Below, in pieces: positions 42,821-60,007 of a DNA stretch of 64,000 nt. Positions within the stretch are counted from its first letter, which is position 1, and each line of letters starts with the position of its first letter. The stretch lies in the NCBI GenBank assembly GCA_964016885.1, contig OZ024741.1:107074001-107138000 (forward strand), in the 5' to 3' direction. The notes beneath the pieces are model-generated. The model searched no databases, had not been told where the DNA came from, and saw nothing but the letters and a program-made list of their open reading frames with translations. A program made the translations under genes and the position numbers. Origin of the DNA: Eledone cirrhosa. Lineage: Eukaryota.

Positions 42821-43227
42821 ATTATATATATTTTATCATATACAAATACACATACACATGTGCAGCCACCACCTTCTTTCCTCTCTTTCTCACATGGTTC
42901 TCTCACATCTCTTCTTTTCTTCTATTCTTCCTTTCGCCCTCCTCCCACGCCTCTTTTCCAGTGATTTTTTTTTTCTCATTCCTTCTTCTCTTCATATCTC
43001 CAGTGTTTTTCCTCTCCAGGAAAAGAAAGGAAATAGTGTAGAGGAACACAACAACAACAACACCAACTTGAACTGCGAGAATACCGAAAACTACAGCGGC
43101 CATAACAACATCATCAGCAACAACAACAACAACAACCGCAACAGCAACCACAACAACAATAACGATGGTTGACTTCTTAGGCACAAGAGCATTTTCGTAA
43201 AGGGAGAAAAGTAGGATATATATATAT

Positions 43228-43415
<188 letters not shown>

Positions 43416-43455
43416 CACACATATATATATATATATATACATACATATATATATA

Positions 43456-43496
<41 letters not shown>

Positions 43497-43905
43497 TTAT
43501 GTATGCATGTATGTATATTCTAAAACATATATATAATTGTGGTACCGTATTACTGGTACTTTACTAAATGACTCCCTGCAAGGATGAAAAGCAAAGACGG
43601 GCTATAATTTACCAAATATTTACGAAAAAAAAAGAAGAAAATTACCTCTGTGATAAAAAGTAAGGAAGATGTTTAAAAGCTAAGCAAACGGAAAATCAAG
43701 CCTTACCTCAGCTATATCGCAACCGCAACACTCTACCTATACTGCATTCATACAACTGTACTTTTACAATACTGTATTCATATCACTTTACTTATACTGT
43801 TGTGTATTCATACCTCTCACACATACATATACTACGCTAGATAGATCACACACTCCAGCTACACAGCAATAACATTACACCACTCTACCTTTAGACAGTA
43901 TAGTT

Positions 43906-43997
<92 letters not shown>

Positions 43998-44491
43998 GTA
44001 TGTATATATATATATAGGTACGTTATTCCGGGTTGAATCGGAATATTAAAACTATATATATATATATATATATACCGCTCACACACACGCACACACACAT
44101 ACACACACACTAACGCACACACAATTATACGTATCGTCATATCTACAGAAACTATATTAATACACAATAATAAACATACATGAACGACAACGTACTATAA
44201 ACACCACTCAGCTGCACCACTCCACGCCACAACACCACTCCACTCCACAACACCACTCCACTCCACCACTCCACTCCACCACTACATACCCCACTAAGTT
44301 TAATCAAGCAGCTATTACGTACCAGTACATCGCATTACATATAACACACACACACATACACACGCATACGCACGCACACACATATATATATATACATATA
44401 TACACACTTACGTATATATATATATATATATATATACATATATACATACATACGTATATATATATATATATATACATATATACATACATAC

Positions 44492-44575
<84 letters not shown>

Positions 44576-44931
44576 GTTCATAAAACATATCGTCAGACAC
44601 ACACACATATATATATGTGTGTATAAATATATATATGTTTCTAAACGCCTGTACTCACTGGCTCTAAAGCAACAAAAGCCTTAACAACAACAAGAGCAAC
44701 AATTATATCAACGTAGCCCAACCAAACAACCAGCCATCAATATAATCTCTATAAACACGACCATCATCATTATCATCATTATCATCATTATTAACAACAC
44801 CATCATTACCATCATTAACAACAACAACAATAACAACAACAATAACAAACAACAACAAACAGTATTATTACTACTACTTCTGTTACTACTATTAAAAACA
44901 TCACCAGACAAACGGAAAAAGAAGAAAAAAA

Positions 44932-45244
44932 ATGAACACCCACGTGGATTTGTTAGACTCTGCCCCTTACGCCCCAGTGTCTCGATACTCCCTTGCTGCC
45001 CATCAACTTCAGGGTTACATGGCCCATCAATTGTCCACGGCAGCTTACGGACCTTTAAACTTCTCGTCTAACCAGACAATGCCCCACTGTCCATGTGATT
45101 ACCAGGCTTTCCAAAACGGACGCTTAGGTTTCAGTGTTGAAAATATACTAACACCTGCTGGAAATATTACACCATCACCAAACCATACTGGAGCAAATAG
45201 TGAGGAGAATTTGAACTTGGATAGCAGTTCTCAGAGATCAACAG
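44932..45244 (+). CDS. Probable first coding exon of an eh1-containing developmental transcription factor (likely homeobox)
   Basis: Non-repetitive 104-codon ORF from aaaATG, Pro/Ala/Tyr/Ser-rich, with RLGFSVENILT (FxIxxIL eh1); ends at CAG|GTAAGT donor (phase 1). No homeodomain exon found in the window. Confidence 0.72.
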
Positions 45245-45985
45245 GTAAGTGATCGGTGTTCGGGAATCAAGGTTGGGAGAGGGTGGCGGTGAAGGTGAGC
45301 GTGCTGATTTGTTTTCTTTCTTGATAATATTTATTTTTTGTGCTGGTGTTGTTGTTGTGTTGCTGTTGCTGTCCCACTGTATCATGTTTCTGACGAGCAC
45401 CACTACAGAGGAAACAACTTCGAAGTCACTATCAAGCTTTATGTGTGTAAAATAAAATATGCGTTAAATGTATGTATGTATATATGTATGTATGTATGTA
45501 TACATGTATGTATGTATGTATGTATGTATGTGTATGTATGCATGTATGTATTATGTATGTATGTATCCATGTACGTATGGGTATATATATGTGTGTGTGC
45601 ATTGGTATGTATGTATGTTTGTATGTATGTATGTATGTATGTATGTATGTATGTATGTATGTATGTATGTATGTATGTATGTATGTATGTATGAGCAGGT
45701 ATCGATGTGTATACATATATATATACATTCATGCATACATACGTACATACATCATATGTATACATACATAAAAACATGAATATACACATACCTATTTACC
45801 TATCCATTAACCTACCAATCTACGCGTATATTTCTCCCTCTCCTCTTTTTCTCTATCTCCCAATACATACATACCCTATATATATACAGGGTGTCCCAAA
45901 AAATACATAACACTTCAACAGCATTCTAATAAATAATGCCTGTGTAGGTAATCAAAGTGTGTATACAGCTTCGGGGCACACACAC

Positions 45986-46056
<71 letters not shown>

Positions 46057-46076
46057 CGAAAAATAAATATGCATGC

Positions 46077-46080
<4 letters not shown>

Positions 46081-46109
<29 letters not shown>

Positions 46110-46550
46110 TGTATGTATGTATGTATGTATGTATGTGTGTATGTATGTATGTATGTATGTGTGTATGTATGTGTGTATGTATGTATGTATGTATGTATGT
46201 ATGTATGTATGTATGTATGTATGTATGTATGTATGTATGTATGTGTGTATGTATGTATGTATGTGTGTATGTATGTATGTATGTATGTATGTATGTGTGT
46301 GTGTATGTGTGTATGTATGTATGTATGTATGTATGTATGTATGTATGTATGTATGTATGTGTGTGTGTATGTGTGTATGTATGTATGTATGTATGTATGT
46401 ATGTATGTATGTATGTATGTATGTATGTATGTATGTATGTATGTGTGTATGTATGTATGTATGTATGTATGTATGTATGTATGTATGTATGTATGTGTGT
46501 GTGTATGTGTGTATGTATGTATGTATGTATGTATGTATGTATGTATGTGT
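46081..46550. repeat. (TATG)n tetranucleotide microsatellite
   Basis: Direct inspection; another at 45467-45692. Confidence 0.95.
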
Positions 46551-46661
46551 GTACGTATGAATGTAGGTACGTATGGATGTGGATGGATGGATGAATGGAT
46601 GTAAAGAATAGAATTATTCATTTACTACTAGGTGTATTTTAAGATATGTCTTAAACTAAGG

Positions 46662-46785
46662 TTTCTGAGTTCAAATACTGCCGAGGTTAACTTTGCCTTT
46701 CATCCTTACGGGGTCGATAAAATAAAGTACCAGTAATGCACTGGGTAATTGCTGGCCTTGTGCCAAAAAAGTAGAAATGATTATA
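46662..46785 (+). mobile_element. 5'-truncated family 1 SINE (another at 47093-47201)
   Basis: B box through tail. Confidence 0.85.
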
Positions 46786-46809
46786 ATTATATACATAAAT
46801 ACATAAATA

Positions 46810-46853
<44 letters not shown>

Positions 46854-46991
46854 TAAATATATATACGGGAAAATTTTTAACCCCGACAGCCATCGGGATA
46901 AAACATTTTCCTGTTACCCACTCTACTATCCTAAGTATTGAGTACTCTGGTGCGTGATGGTCCATCTGGTTCCTTACCACACCTCCTTCGT

Positions 46992-47038
<47 letters not shown>

Positions 47039-47195
47039 AATGGACACAGCTTCTGTCATTTCCTCACTCACTCAATAATCAGTTTAATTTGTAATCCCGC
47101 CGAGGTTAACTTTACCTTTCATCCTTACTGGACGATAAAATAAAGTACCAGTAATACACTGGTTAATTGGTGCCCTTGTGCCACAAGTAGAAACA

Positions 47196-47280
47196 ATTAT
47201 TAAAATCCAAACTCATTAGAGTGCACACACATCAATTAGCAAGGATGACGACTTCTTATGGGTAAGAATATATACATATA

Positions 47281-47331
<51 letters not shown>

Positions 47332-47397
47332 TTACCCATAAGAAGTCGTCATCCTTGCTAATTAATGTGTGTGCACTCTAATGAGTTTGGATTTTAA

Positions 47398-47403
<6 letters not shown>
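47196..47403. repeat. Inverted repeat, ~75-bp arms around (TA)n
   Basis: attattaaaatccaaactcattagagtgcacac…gggtaagaa versus its reverse complement at 47329-47403. Confidence 0.9.
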
Positions 47404-47487
<84 letters not shown>

Positions 47488-47549
47488 TATATACACATAT
47501 ATATACATATGTATATATATATATATGTATATATATATACATATGTATA

Positions 47550-47593
<44 letters not shown>

Positions 47594-47616
47594 TATACAT
47601 ATACATATAGATATAC

Positions 47617-47650
<34 letters not shown>

Positions 47651-47676
47651 ATACACACACACACATATATATATAC

Positions 47677-47774
<98 letters not shown>

Positions 47775-47835
47775 AGAGAGGGATAGTTGTTTAGTGACTA
47801 CGAAGCCTTTTGAGATGTATATGTACGAATCATAT

Positions 47836-48412
<577 letters not shown>

Positions 48413-49095
48413 TATATATATATATATAGCACAGTAGTCTGGATAACCAAAGATGTGGGTTTGACTCCCGTGTACGTCATTACTCCTCTTTTTCCATTTA
48501 TCAGGCTAAAATTTCTTTAGTCAAAAATACGGTGAAAGCTATTCTATTTTCTAATTTCAAACCCGTTCACTGTTTCAAAACATACTTACATGTCGTATAT
48601 ATATATATATACATACACATACACGCACACACACATATATATACACATATATATATATAGAGAGAGAGAGAGTTGTGTAATTAATTCATGAGGTAAATGA
48701 CCGATACATATTTTATAAGATGGTACAATGCGGTAGAAAACACGAAGGTCTATGTTGCTAAATGAAACAAACCAAAACAAAATAGTGTAATATTTTACCC
48801 AGTGTATTTTGGTATGATATTTCAGGGTTAACCCTCTTTCCAGATGTGAAGCTGAAACAGACCAAGATAAAAAACAAACCCAACGAGATTTTTTCTCAAA
48901 TCGTTCGTCTGTGTCTTCTTGAATTCTTTCAGTTTCGCATCTAAAGGTAGGGTATTAACCTGGAAATATACCAAAACTCACTTGAAGCATTACTTTACTT
49001 TATTCAATTTACCATCATTTGTCCTTCGTATTTTCTACCGCACTGTACAGACTTTTATATATGTATATATATTTATAGTAAATGTGTGTGTGTGA

Positions 49096-49144
<49 letters not shown>

Positions 49145-49518
49145 CACACACACACATATATATACATATACATATATGCATATATATATATATATATATA
49201 TATGCATATTTATGTGTGTGTATACATATATATATTTATATATATATATTTATATATATATATATATATGATGCATGTATATGTATATATGAATATATAT
49301 ATATATGTATAAAACATATATATATATATATGTGTGTGTGTGTATCTACATACATATATATCTCTATCTCCATATACACATACATATATATATATGTTAG
49401 ACCATTACTCACTAGAGTACTCGATACTTGGGGGAGTAGAGTGGGCCCTAATATTTTTCATACACATATATATAGATATAAATATATATATAGTATATTA
49501 TATATATATATAAATATG

Positions 49519-49550
<32 letters not shown>

Positions 49551-49568
49551 TATATATATACACACATG

Positions 49569-49637
<69 letters not shown>

Positions 49638-50215
49638 CGAAGTATATATATATATACACACACACATGTATATATATATATATATACTTCGTTTTTGAAT
49701 TTGTTTTGCAAGATATTTTATCAGAAATCATGTGTTGAAACATTGTTATACTTTGGGAGGGTCATGCTGTCAATTGAAACACACGCACCTGTTGCTTTCA
49801 TTTCAATTTATTATATTTTCCCGGTTAGTTGGTCGGTTCGATAACTGGATGGCTGTTTATATATTGTCACACATTCTGTGACCTCCCCAGTGACTGGCTT
49901 TTTTGTTTTGTGTCACTCCTCTTGTTTTGGTGTCAGACAGAACAAAGGAGGGACACAAAGTAAACAACCCAGTCGCCGGGGAGGTTACAGAATGTGTGAC
50001 GAAAGCTTTGATAATATATAAACGGCCATCCCATTATCGAACCAACCAACCAACCAACCAACCAGAAATTTATAATAAATTGAAGTGAAAACCAACAGGT
50101 GCGCGTGTCCTTATTAGCAGCATGACCCTCCCAAATTATAACAATATATAACAATATATATATATAGTATAAATATATATATATATCCACATATGTATAT
50201 ATATATATATAAAAC

Positions 50216-50253
<38 letters not shown>

Positions 50254-50492
50254 ATATATATTTATACTATATATATATATACATATATATATTTATATAT
50301 AATTGTTTTATCTGACGAACGAGCTGCATGTTTCTTGGAAGAATCATCTAGTTTTTGGAAAACTTCTGTAATGAAATAATTATATTGTGTTGTTTATATA
50401 TATGTAATATATATATGTATATATATATATATATATATATAATTGTATTAATATATATATATATATATATACATACATGCATATATATATCC

Positions 50493-50735
<243 letters not shown>

Positions 50736-50827
50736 TATATATATGTATGAATGAAGTAATTCCCACGGAAAGGTACGAAAAAGAGTGCTCTATGTAGCCT
50801 ACAGTGCTTATTAATTATGCTCATGAC

Positions 50828-50859
<32 letters not shown>

Positions 50860-51079
50860 CATATATACATATATTAAATATTATCCAATTATAAGTATGA
50901 GAATAGCTCAATGTAAAATAAGTATATTAGACCAGAAATACTTAAACATTCTAAAACACTCTTTGATTATTGTGTATAAAGTATATATATATATGTATAT
51001 ATATTATATATATATATATATGTATATATATTATAAAGTATATATATATATGTATATATATTATATATATATATATATA

Positions 51080-51127
51080 TATAAAATGTTTAAGCTTGTT
51101 GAATCACAACAAATTAAATATAACCTC

Positions 51128-51185
<58 letters not shown>

Positions 51186-51234
51186 GAGGTTATATTTAAT
51201 TTGTTGTGATTCAACAAGCTTAAACATTTTATAA
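51080..51234. repeat. Inverted repeat, ~52-bp arms around (TA)n
   Basis: ataaaatgtttaagcttgttgaatcacaacaaattaaatataacctctgc versus its reverse complement. Confidence 0.9.
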
Positions 51235-51315
51235 CTGATATAAAGCACTCAACAAGTTAGTGGAATAAATATTCAATATATTAATAAATGGAATCTATAT
51301 TTATAAAACCATAAT

Positions 51316-51381
51316 TATTTTATTATATATATTTCAAGGGCAACCAAGGCAAATTATGGTGCGCTTTCATCAGATAAAATA
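51316..51381 (-). ncRNA. Type I HHR (AUA triplet family)
   Basis: tattttat CTGATGA aagcgcacca…tggttgccctt GAAAT atat ATA ataaaata. Confidence 0.72.
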
Positions 51382-51457
51382 CAGATTTGTTTTATAAATA
51401 AATATTGACATACCCGGAAAAAGACAACCTTAACGATTGAAGTTCGCTGGATAGTCG

Positions 51458-51495
<38 letters not shown>

Positions 51496-52270
51496 ATATA
51501 TATATATGCAAATATATATATATATAATATATATAACTTTGATGATAAACTTAATAGATTGCGGCCTGTATTGACTTGTATATATAAAGGTGTATGTATG
51601 TATGTATGTATGTATGTATGTATGTATGTATGTATGTATGTATGTATGTATGTATGTATGTGTGTATGTATGTATGTGTATGTATGACCCCTTAGCCTTT
51701 GTCAAGGCAGAATTCTAGGAGAAGGAAAACTCTGATATAACACCTGCAACCCTGATGGTATCCAATGATGTTGACTTGTTCTTCTTTTTGGTAAATATCA
51801 TCTTGTTTAAGAGAGTGGGACTGGCTTTGTGCAGTGCCTTTGCTCACTATAAAAGCTTCACGGCACAGGCATTGCTTTATATCTGGAGATCTCTCTGCAC
51901 TTGTCGTCACATGGTACCATGGGCCCAGCACTATGTGTCAATAATTGTCACAGGTGTAGTGTTTGTACCAGAGTTTTCAAGTCGCTGGCTGGACTAAAAA
52001 GTCACACTCGTTCAGCGCATCGGTAGGGGTTCTCCTACATGGATATAAAGTAGTGGCCGTACTCGAAAACGAGTTGGCAGCCACCATGTGTGTATGTATG
52101 TATGCATGTAAAATGTATTTTGATGTGTGCATGTTTGTCTCAGTGTATGTTTAAATATGCATATATATATGTGTGTGTACTTTCTGACACCCGTCATGTT
52201 CTGCTTATATAATGCAAAAAGGTCACATCTTTTGCGAAATTTCACGTAGCCAGGTTGAAAACTTTGAATG

Positions 52271-52500
52271 ATTTCATTTATTGGCCACAAGGGCCGACAT
52301 GTAGGGGACAATACAAAGACAGGGGCAGTGGGGTTTACAATAAGGTCGAGTAAAAGTGCACAATGGCAAGACCAATTCAACAATGAAGATATAAAAATAT
52401 AAAATAAACTATGCATAAATATAACAAAATAAATTCCCCTATAGGGGGTGGACGACCCTGGGGTGACTCGGGTACTCCACCAATCCTGAACCACCCTATA
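52271..52500 (-). mobile_element. 3'UTR fragment of a Tx1-type LINE
   Basis: Minus strand ccccctataggggaattt…gtctttgtattgtcccct…gcccttgtggccAATAAAtgaaatc matches 7572-7700. Confidence 0.75.
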
Positions 52501-52947
52501 GTTATATATATAATCTATATACAATTATAAATAAGAAAGGGTAATATTTTGTATTACCCTATTACCAGTAAAAAAATTTGCTCAATGTAAAATATCAGAC
52601 GTATTTAGTATTTTATATTTTGTATATATATATAGATATTTATATTGAAAGGATAACAAGGACGATTGGTTACTCCTTCATTACATTTATTGGTAGGTGA
52701 CGCGCGTTTCGCCACTGATCAGCTCAAGGTTCGATCTGTATCGATCCTACCCGACTCAATGATCGGCAGCTCGACGGACCCTTTAAAATGGTATAAGAAA
52801 AATGTTACACCCCCTGGATATATATATATATATATATATACATACTTTAAAAACATTGATGTAATTCAATTCGATAACTCAACGTACATTTTCCACATAG
52901 GAGTGACGGAGTGTTTTTAGATTAAGGTAATCATTTCATATTCTATA

Positions 52948-53012
<65 letters not shown>

Positions 53013-53185
53013 TTATCTTTGGTGTTTAATATGCAAGGGTTTAGAGCACTCAGTTCATAGGCTGAATGAATTATAATTAGTTACAAGAGTGACATGTAAA
53101 GCACTGATGTTCCGTTTACCACAGCACATTCAGATTGTCATTTTCCCGCTTTTATGACAGGCTCCATGAGTTAGGGTAAATAACA

Positions 53186-53372
53186 TAACTGTTTCTACTT
53201 TAGGCACAAGGCCAGCAATTACCCAGTACATTACTGGTACTTTATTTTATCGACCCCGTAAGGATGAAAGGCAAAGTTAACCTCAGCGGGATTTGAACTC
53301 AAACCGTAAAGGGACGTAACTATGCTAGAAAGCATGGCGTCCAACCCTCTACCGATACTGCCAATTCACCGC
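53186..53372 (-). mobile_element. tRNA-derived SINE, family 1, with TSD
   Basis: TSD tagggtaaataacataac on both sides; partial copy at 55820-55916. Confidence 0.9.
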
Positions 53373-53485
53373 TCTAGGGTAAATAACATAACGAACCGTA
53401 ATAACCTGTATAATATCAATGTTGAAATTATTTATATATGCATAGATATTACATTCATACAGACATGCATATATATATTTACAAT

Positions 53486-53524
<39 letters not shown>

Positions 53525-53644
53525 TAGCGTCCGAAATGTTAAGACCCTCTTCGTGCTATATCAAGCGTTAACCTAATATATCCCTTCCATATACTGTACC
53601 GATTGTATTGTTATTTCTGTTTACCTTTTACACACACGTATGCA

Positions 53645-53768
<124 letters not shown>

Positions 53769-54061
53769 TATATGAATGTATAGTATGTATGCATGTATGT
53801 ATGTACATACGTAATGTCCGAACGCTCACCCCGGGTTAGGTTGATGCATATTTAGGCCGAAGTATGCACTCTATATATAATGAGTATATTATGAGTAAGT
53901 GTAACCAAGTCAACTTAAACGTGTAATGAGTTTTATACAGCAAAGTCAATTTTCCATCGATACTCAGTTGATATTATATATATAAAGTTTGAAAAATTAG
54001 TCATTACACAATCACACACATATATATATGTATATATAAATAGTGAGACACAAAGTAGGGT

Positions 54062-54187
<126 letters not shown>

Positions 54188-54307
54188 GATAGATAGATAG
54201 ATAGATATATACTTATATATATAAAGATACATATATCTATCTATCTATATGTATATTTATATGTATGTATATATATGTTGATATATATATAAATACAAGT
54301 TTATATA

Positions 54308-54362
<55 letters not shown>

Positions 54363-55083
54363 ATAATAATAAATTTGAAGACTAAAATCCAAAGAGGGCT
54401 CGATAAGGATAAATATATATCAAATATATAAGAACCGTAGAGCAAAACTTTAATCTGTTATTTTAATAAATATATATATATATATATACATATATATAGT
54501 TATATATATATATATTTATATCTGTGTGTGTGTATATATAAATATATATATATATATGTGTATATATATGTGCATATTTATATACGTACACACACTCATC
54601 CGCACACAGACACACACACACACACATATGTATGTATATATATTTACTGACACCTAGATAAACACATACATATAAAGTTGTTAGAAATTCGAAGAATGTA
54701 CAGAAGTTTTTAGGGAAATATGCACTTTTATATACGATAAATAGAAGGAAAACATTGTACACAAACCCCTAACTATATGTCAACTGAAAACATAAATAAG
54801 AGGAAACCAAGAACGGGAGAAAATATTCCTTCATCAATTGTCTGCTGGGGTTCATAGATAATTCAACGCATTATATACACATTCTTTTAACCTGATTAGT
54901 TCTTTCGTTACTTTTGTATTGTGTGGTTGGGTTTTGCCTACCGCAATGTTCAATTTGTCAAGCTATTTAAACGTATGTTATTACTCTAAGGACCTACCCT
55001 TATTGAGTGCTTTGCTACTCATTCCTTATTGTAGGTCGACTTTGCTTGGCCACAGCCAAAGATTCGATTTTACTAAGCTTTCA

Positions 55084-55118
<35 letters not shown>

Positions 55119-55175
55119 TTTCAGAAGATTCCGTTGAGGATGAAAGCAGTGATTCTCTGCTTAAATTTTAATCCG

Positions 55176-55288
<113 letters not shown>

Positions 55289-55301
55289 AATACAGATATA
55301 C

Positions 55302-55334
<33 letters not shown>

Positions 55335-55560
55335 CAGATATACATACATATATATATAAATATATATAAATATACATGTATGTACATATGTGTATTTACT
55401 TTTATGTGTACACATATTTATATACACTGGCTCACATATATCAATATGTATTTATATATCTATAAATACATATATATATGTACGTATTTATATATACATA
55501 TATATGAACATACATATGTACATATTTATATATATAAATATATATATATATATATACATA

Positions 55561-55634
<74 letters not shown>

Positions 55635-56403
55635 ATATAATTCCCAGACCACTAATGTGTGTCACGTAGATGTAAACATACGTGCAGGGTATTAATAGAG
55701 GGGCCACCGGTTACCAACTTTTGTATAACTACCGAATATCCAAACAACTATCTTTTCTTGCTCATTCAAACAGTTATATTCTTCCAGTCATTGTGCCCGT
55801 GCTGGAGCACCGCCTTATCATAACTGTTTCTACGTTAGGCACAAGACCAGTAATTACACAGTGCATTGCTGGTACTTTATTTTATCGACCCCGTAAGGAT
55901 GAACGGCAAAGTTAACGACGTGGAAAATGAATTCTTAGAATATTAATGTTTTGAAATCCATTTATCGAACTATTAGTTTAGGGAAGGAGCACCCATATAC
56001 GGACGGCGCACCTAGACACACATATGTCTACGTATGTATGTTTGTATGTATGTTTGTATGTATGTTTGTATGTATGTTATCTCTTTCACTTAATTTCGAG
56101 TATATTTTTTTTGACCGGCCACCTTCCTGGTATGTATGTATGTATGTATGTATGTATGTATGTATGTATGTATGTATGTATGTATGTATGTATGTATGTA
56201 TGTATGTGTGTGTTGTGTGTGTATGTATGTATACATGTATATGTATATGTACTTATGTATGTATGTGTTATATATATATATATATATATAGATATATGTA
56301 AGTATGTATGTATATACTAAGAGTGAGAAATGAAATTTCGTTTTCATTTTATTACAATATATAGATATAGATATATAGATATATATATACACACACACAC
56401 ACA

Positions 56404-56459
<56 letters not shown>

Positions 56460-56539
56460 AATTATTACGGGTTGAATCGGAGATAACCACAGTAAGGTAC
56501 TCAATACATAGCAGAGTATAAAAGTTTTAATATAGAAGA

Positions 56540-56588
56540 GCTTCTACAGGACTAGAACTGTTTCATTCGTGAGAAATCATCAGGAAGC
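56540..56588 (-). ncRNA. Type I hammerhead ribozyme
   Basis: gcttc CTGATGA t ttc tcac gaa t GAAAC ag ttctagtc ct GTA gaagc. Confidence 0.75.
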
Positions 56589-56725
56589 ATATATATATAC
56601 ATATATATAGATATAGATATATATAAGTTGTTGTATTTATGGATTATACGGTGAGTGAAGGACCGAGCGAAATTTTAATATATTCATATATATACACATT
56701 AGGTATATACACTCATATACACTGG

Positions 56726-56863
<138 letters not shown>

Positions 56864-56880
56864 ACACACACACACACACA

Positions 56881-56921
<41 letters not shown>

Positions 56922-56994
56922 GGGTGCTTCCAACAGTAATGGTTGCATTTTTTAAGGGTATGTCAATATTTATTTATAAAATTGATCTATATTA

Positions 56995-57059
56995 TATTTT
57001 ATCTGATGAAAGCACACCATAATTTAACTTGGTGTCCTTGAAATATGTATAATGAAATA
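56995..57059 (+). ncRNA. Type I HHR (AUA triplet family)
   Basis: tattttat CTGATGA aagc acacca…tggtgt cctt GAAAT atgt ATA atgaaata. Confidence 0.72.
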
Positions 57060-57484
57060 AATATGGTTTTATAAATATAGTTTCCATTTGTTAATATCGT
57101 TTTTTTACTCCAAATATTTGTTGACTGCTTTATGTCAGTTATAAAAATATTTGCTTGTTGTATCCCAACATTTTAAATAGAACTTTTACATATATATATA
57201 TATATATGTACGTGTGTGTGTGTGAGTGTATGAGTGTGTTTGAGTGCGTGTTTGTGTTTATATGTGTATATATAAATATTGTTTGTTTGAATTTACATTG
57301 GAATGTTGCCATTCAGTTGCATCCACTGTAATAATTTGATCAATCATGTCGACACCAGCAGTTACCTCTATGCACTTTGGTATGCAGTATATTAAGATGC
57401 AAAATATATACAATATGCATGTATTTATCTATGTTTATATACAATTAAATATAAATATATAATTATATATATATATACATACAT

Positions 57485-57540
<56 letters not shown>

Positions 57541-57578
57541 ATATATATAAATAAATATATATATATATATGTATATAT

Positions 57579-57609
<31 letters not shown>

Positions 57610-57645
57610 GTATATATATATGTATATATATAACTATATATATAT

Positions 57646-57685
<40 letters not shown>

Positions 57686-58095
57686 CTTTCATATCCATAT
57701 GATAGGTTTCGGCCATGTCTAACTTAATCGCACCACCAAGCGAAATCTTTCGAATCAGGATTTGCACTCCTACATACAGATGATATACATATAATTGTAT
57801 ATATGTACATGTATACAATATTTATATACACACGTCAACATGTAGTTTTATATATATGGACATATATATAATGGTAGAACACTGGAAGGTTATATACGCA
57901 CTAGTTGACCACTCAGTCCATTGCATGAGTTTGGTAGAAGTTGGTTTCACAACAGTGAAAATTGTTAATTAACTGTTGGGGAACCTACTTCTATATATAT
58001 ATATATATAACTAGGTTCCCCAACAGTTAATTAACAATTATATTAACATCAATTAACATCAATACATCCACATATATCTTTACAGACATACATAT

Positions 58096-58154
<59 letters not shown>

Positions 58155-58184
58155 ATATATCCACATATATCTTTACAAACATAC

Positions 58185-58224
<40 letters not shown>

Positions 58225-58334
58225 GAGAGAGAGAGAGAGAGTCATAAATATTTGCTCTACTGTTCTCATATATTTGATATATATTTATCCTTATCGAACC
58301 CTCTTTGGATTTTAGTCTTCAAATTTATTATTGT

Positions 58335-58387
<53 letters not shown>

Positions 58388-58456
58388 CACATATTTATCT
58401 GTGTTCCCGTGCATAAGTATTTATATATATATATTTACATTTACTATATATATATT

Positions 58457-58495
<39 letters not shown>

Positions 58496-58629
58496 CTGTG
58501 TGTGCGTATATTTATAAATATTCATTTTAGACATAGATACTTAAATATATATATATATATATATATTTCTCCTTCTCTCCACATCTTCGTGCCTAGCTTT
58601 TCCTGATTTTTGCTGCTACCATAATTATA

Positions 58630-58662
<33 letters not shown>

Positions 58663-58851
58663 TTAAAAGGGAACATATTGAAAATAATCTCTTAATTTTG
58701 CAACATTAAAAGAATATTTGTAGTTTGACCTTAAGTTCTTTTTTAAATATTTAACATCTTTTCTGCATCAACCAAGAGATACATATATATATATATATAA
58801 ATACAGAAACACACACACATACACACAGACACACACTCACACAAGTACACT

Positions 58852-58904
<53 letters not shown>

Positions 58905-59264
58905 ATATATGATTCATTTTATCCCGCTCTCTCTTCCTCTCTCATTCTCTCTCTATATATAGTTATATATATTCATACACGCATACACACACTCATACAT
59001 GCCCACACATATATGTATATATATATATATATTCATATATATATATATATCCCTATATATGTATATATATGTGTGTGTGTGTTTGTGTATGTGTGTGTGT
59101 GTCTGTGTGTGTGTGTATGTTTGTGTCTGTGTGTGAGTGTGTGTGGGAGGAGAGTCGTGTGTGAATTTCTGAGCTCGGGGTACGAGTGCAATCATTCGGG
59201 TAGAGATGGTGACCTTCAATTTAAACCCGAACATCAGCAATGACTGACATCACTACTGATACGA

Positions 59265-60007
59265 CCACTACCACCACCACCACCACCACCACCACCACCA
59301 CAACCACCACCACCACCACCATTACCACCACCACCACCACCACCATTACCACCACTAACAACAATTAACACCAAAACTACAAACATCACCACTTTCACAA
59401 GGGCCACCATCCCACCAGCTTTAACTACCACCACAATCACTACTATGGCCTCCACCACCACTATCAGCAGAACAACCACCATTACCACTACCACATCTAC
59501 ATCACCGAACAACCATCATTACAGCCATTACCACCTTCACAATAACAACCACCATCACTACCACCATCATTACCCCCATCACCACCAGCATCAACTATCA
59601 TCATTAACAGCCCCACCATTATCACGAAAACAACCACCACCATTACCACCACCACTAGTATCACCACCACCAGCATCACCACCACAACACCAACAGCAAC
59701 AAACACCACCACCAGTTCCACCAACAAACACCACCACCACCAGTTCCACCAAAATAACCACTACCATTACCATTACCACCACCACTAGTATCACCACCAA
59801 CCACTAGTATAACCACCACCACCACCACTACCACCATCACCACCACCATCACCACCACCACCATCACAAGTACCACCAAAACAACCACTACCATTACCAC
59901 CACCACTAGTATCACCACCAACATCACAACCACCACCACCACCACCACCACCACAACCACCACCACCACCACCACCACCACCACCACCACCACCACATGT
60001 ACCACCA
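59265..60007. repeat. (CAC/ACC)n-rich degenerate trinucleotide repeat
   Basis: Direct inspection. Confidence 0.9.

Noticed and set aside
44932-45244. Assigning a specific gene name to the eh1 exon
   Set aside because: eh1 is shared by many families and the DNA-binding domain is not in the window
51690-52085. Possible RTE 5'UTR remnant (tctaggagaaggaaaactctga)
   Set aside because: Only a short remembered motif with no adjoining ORF
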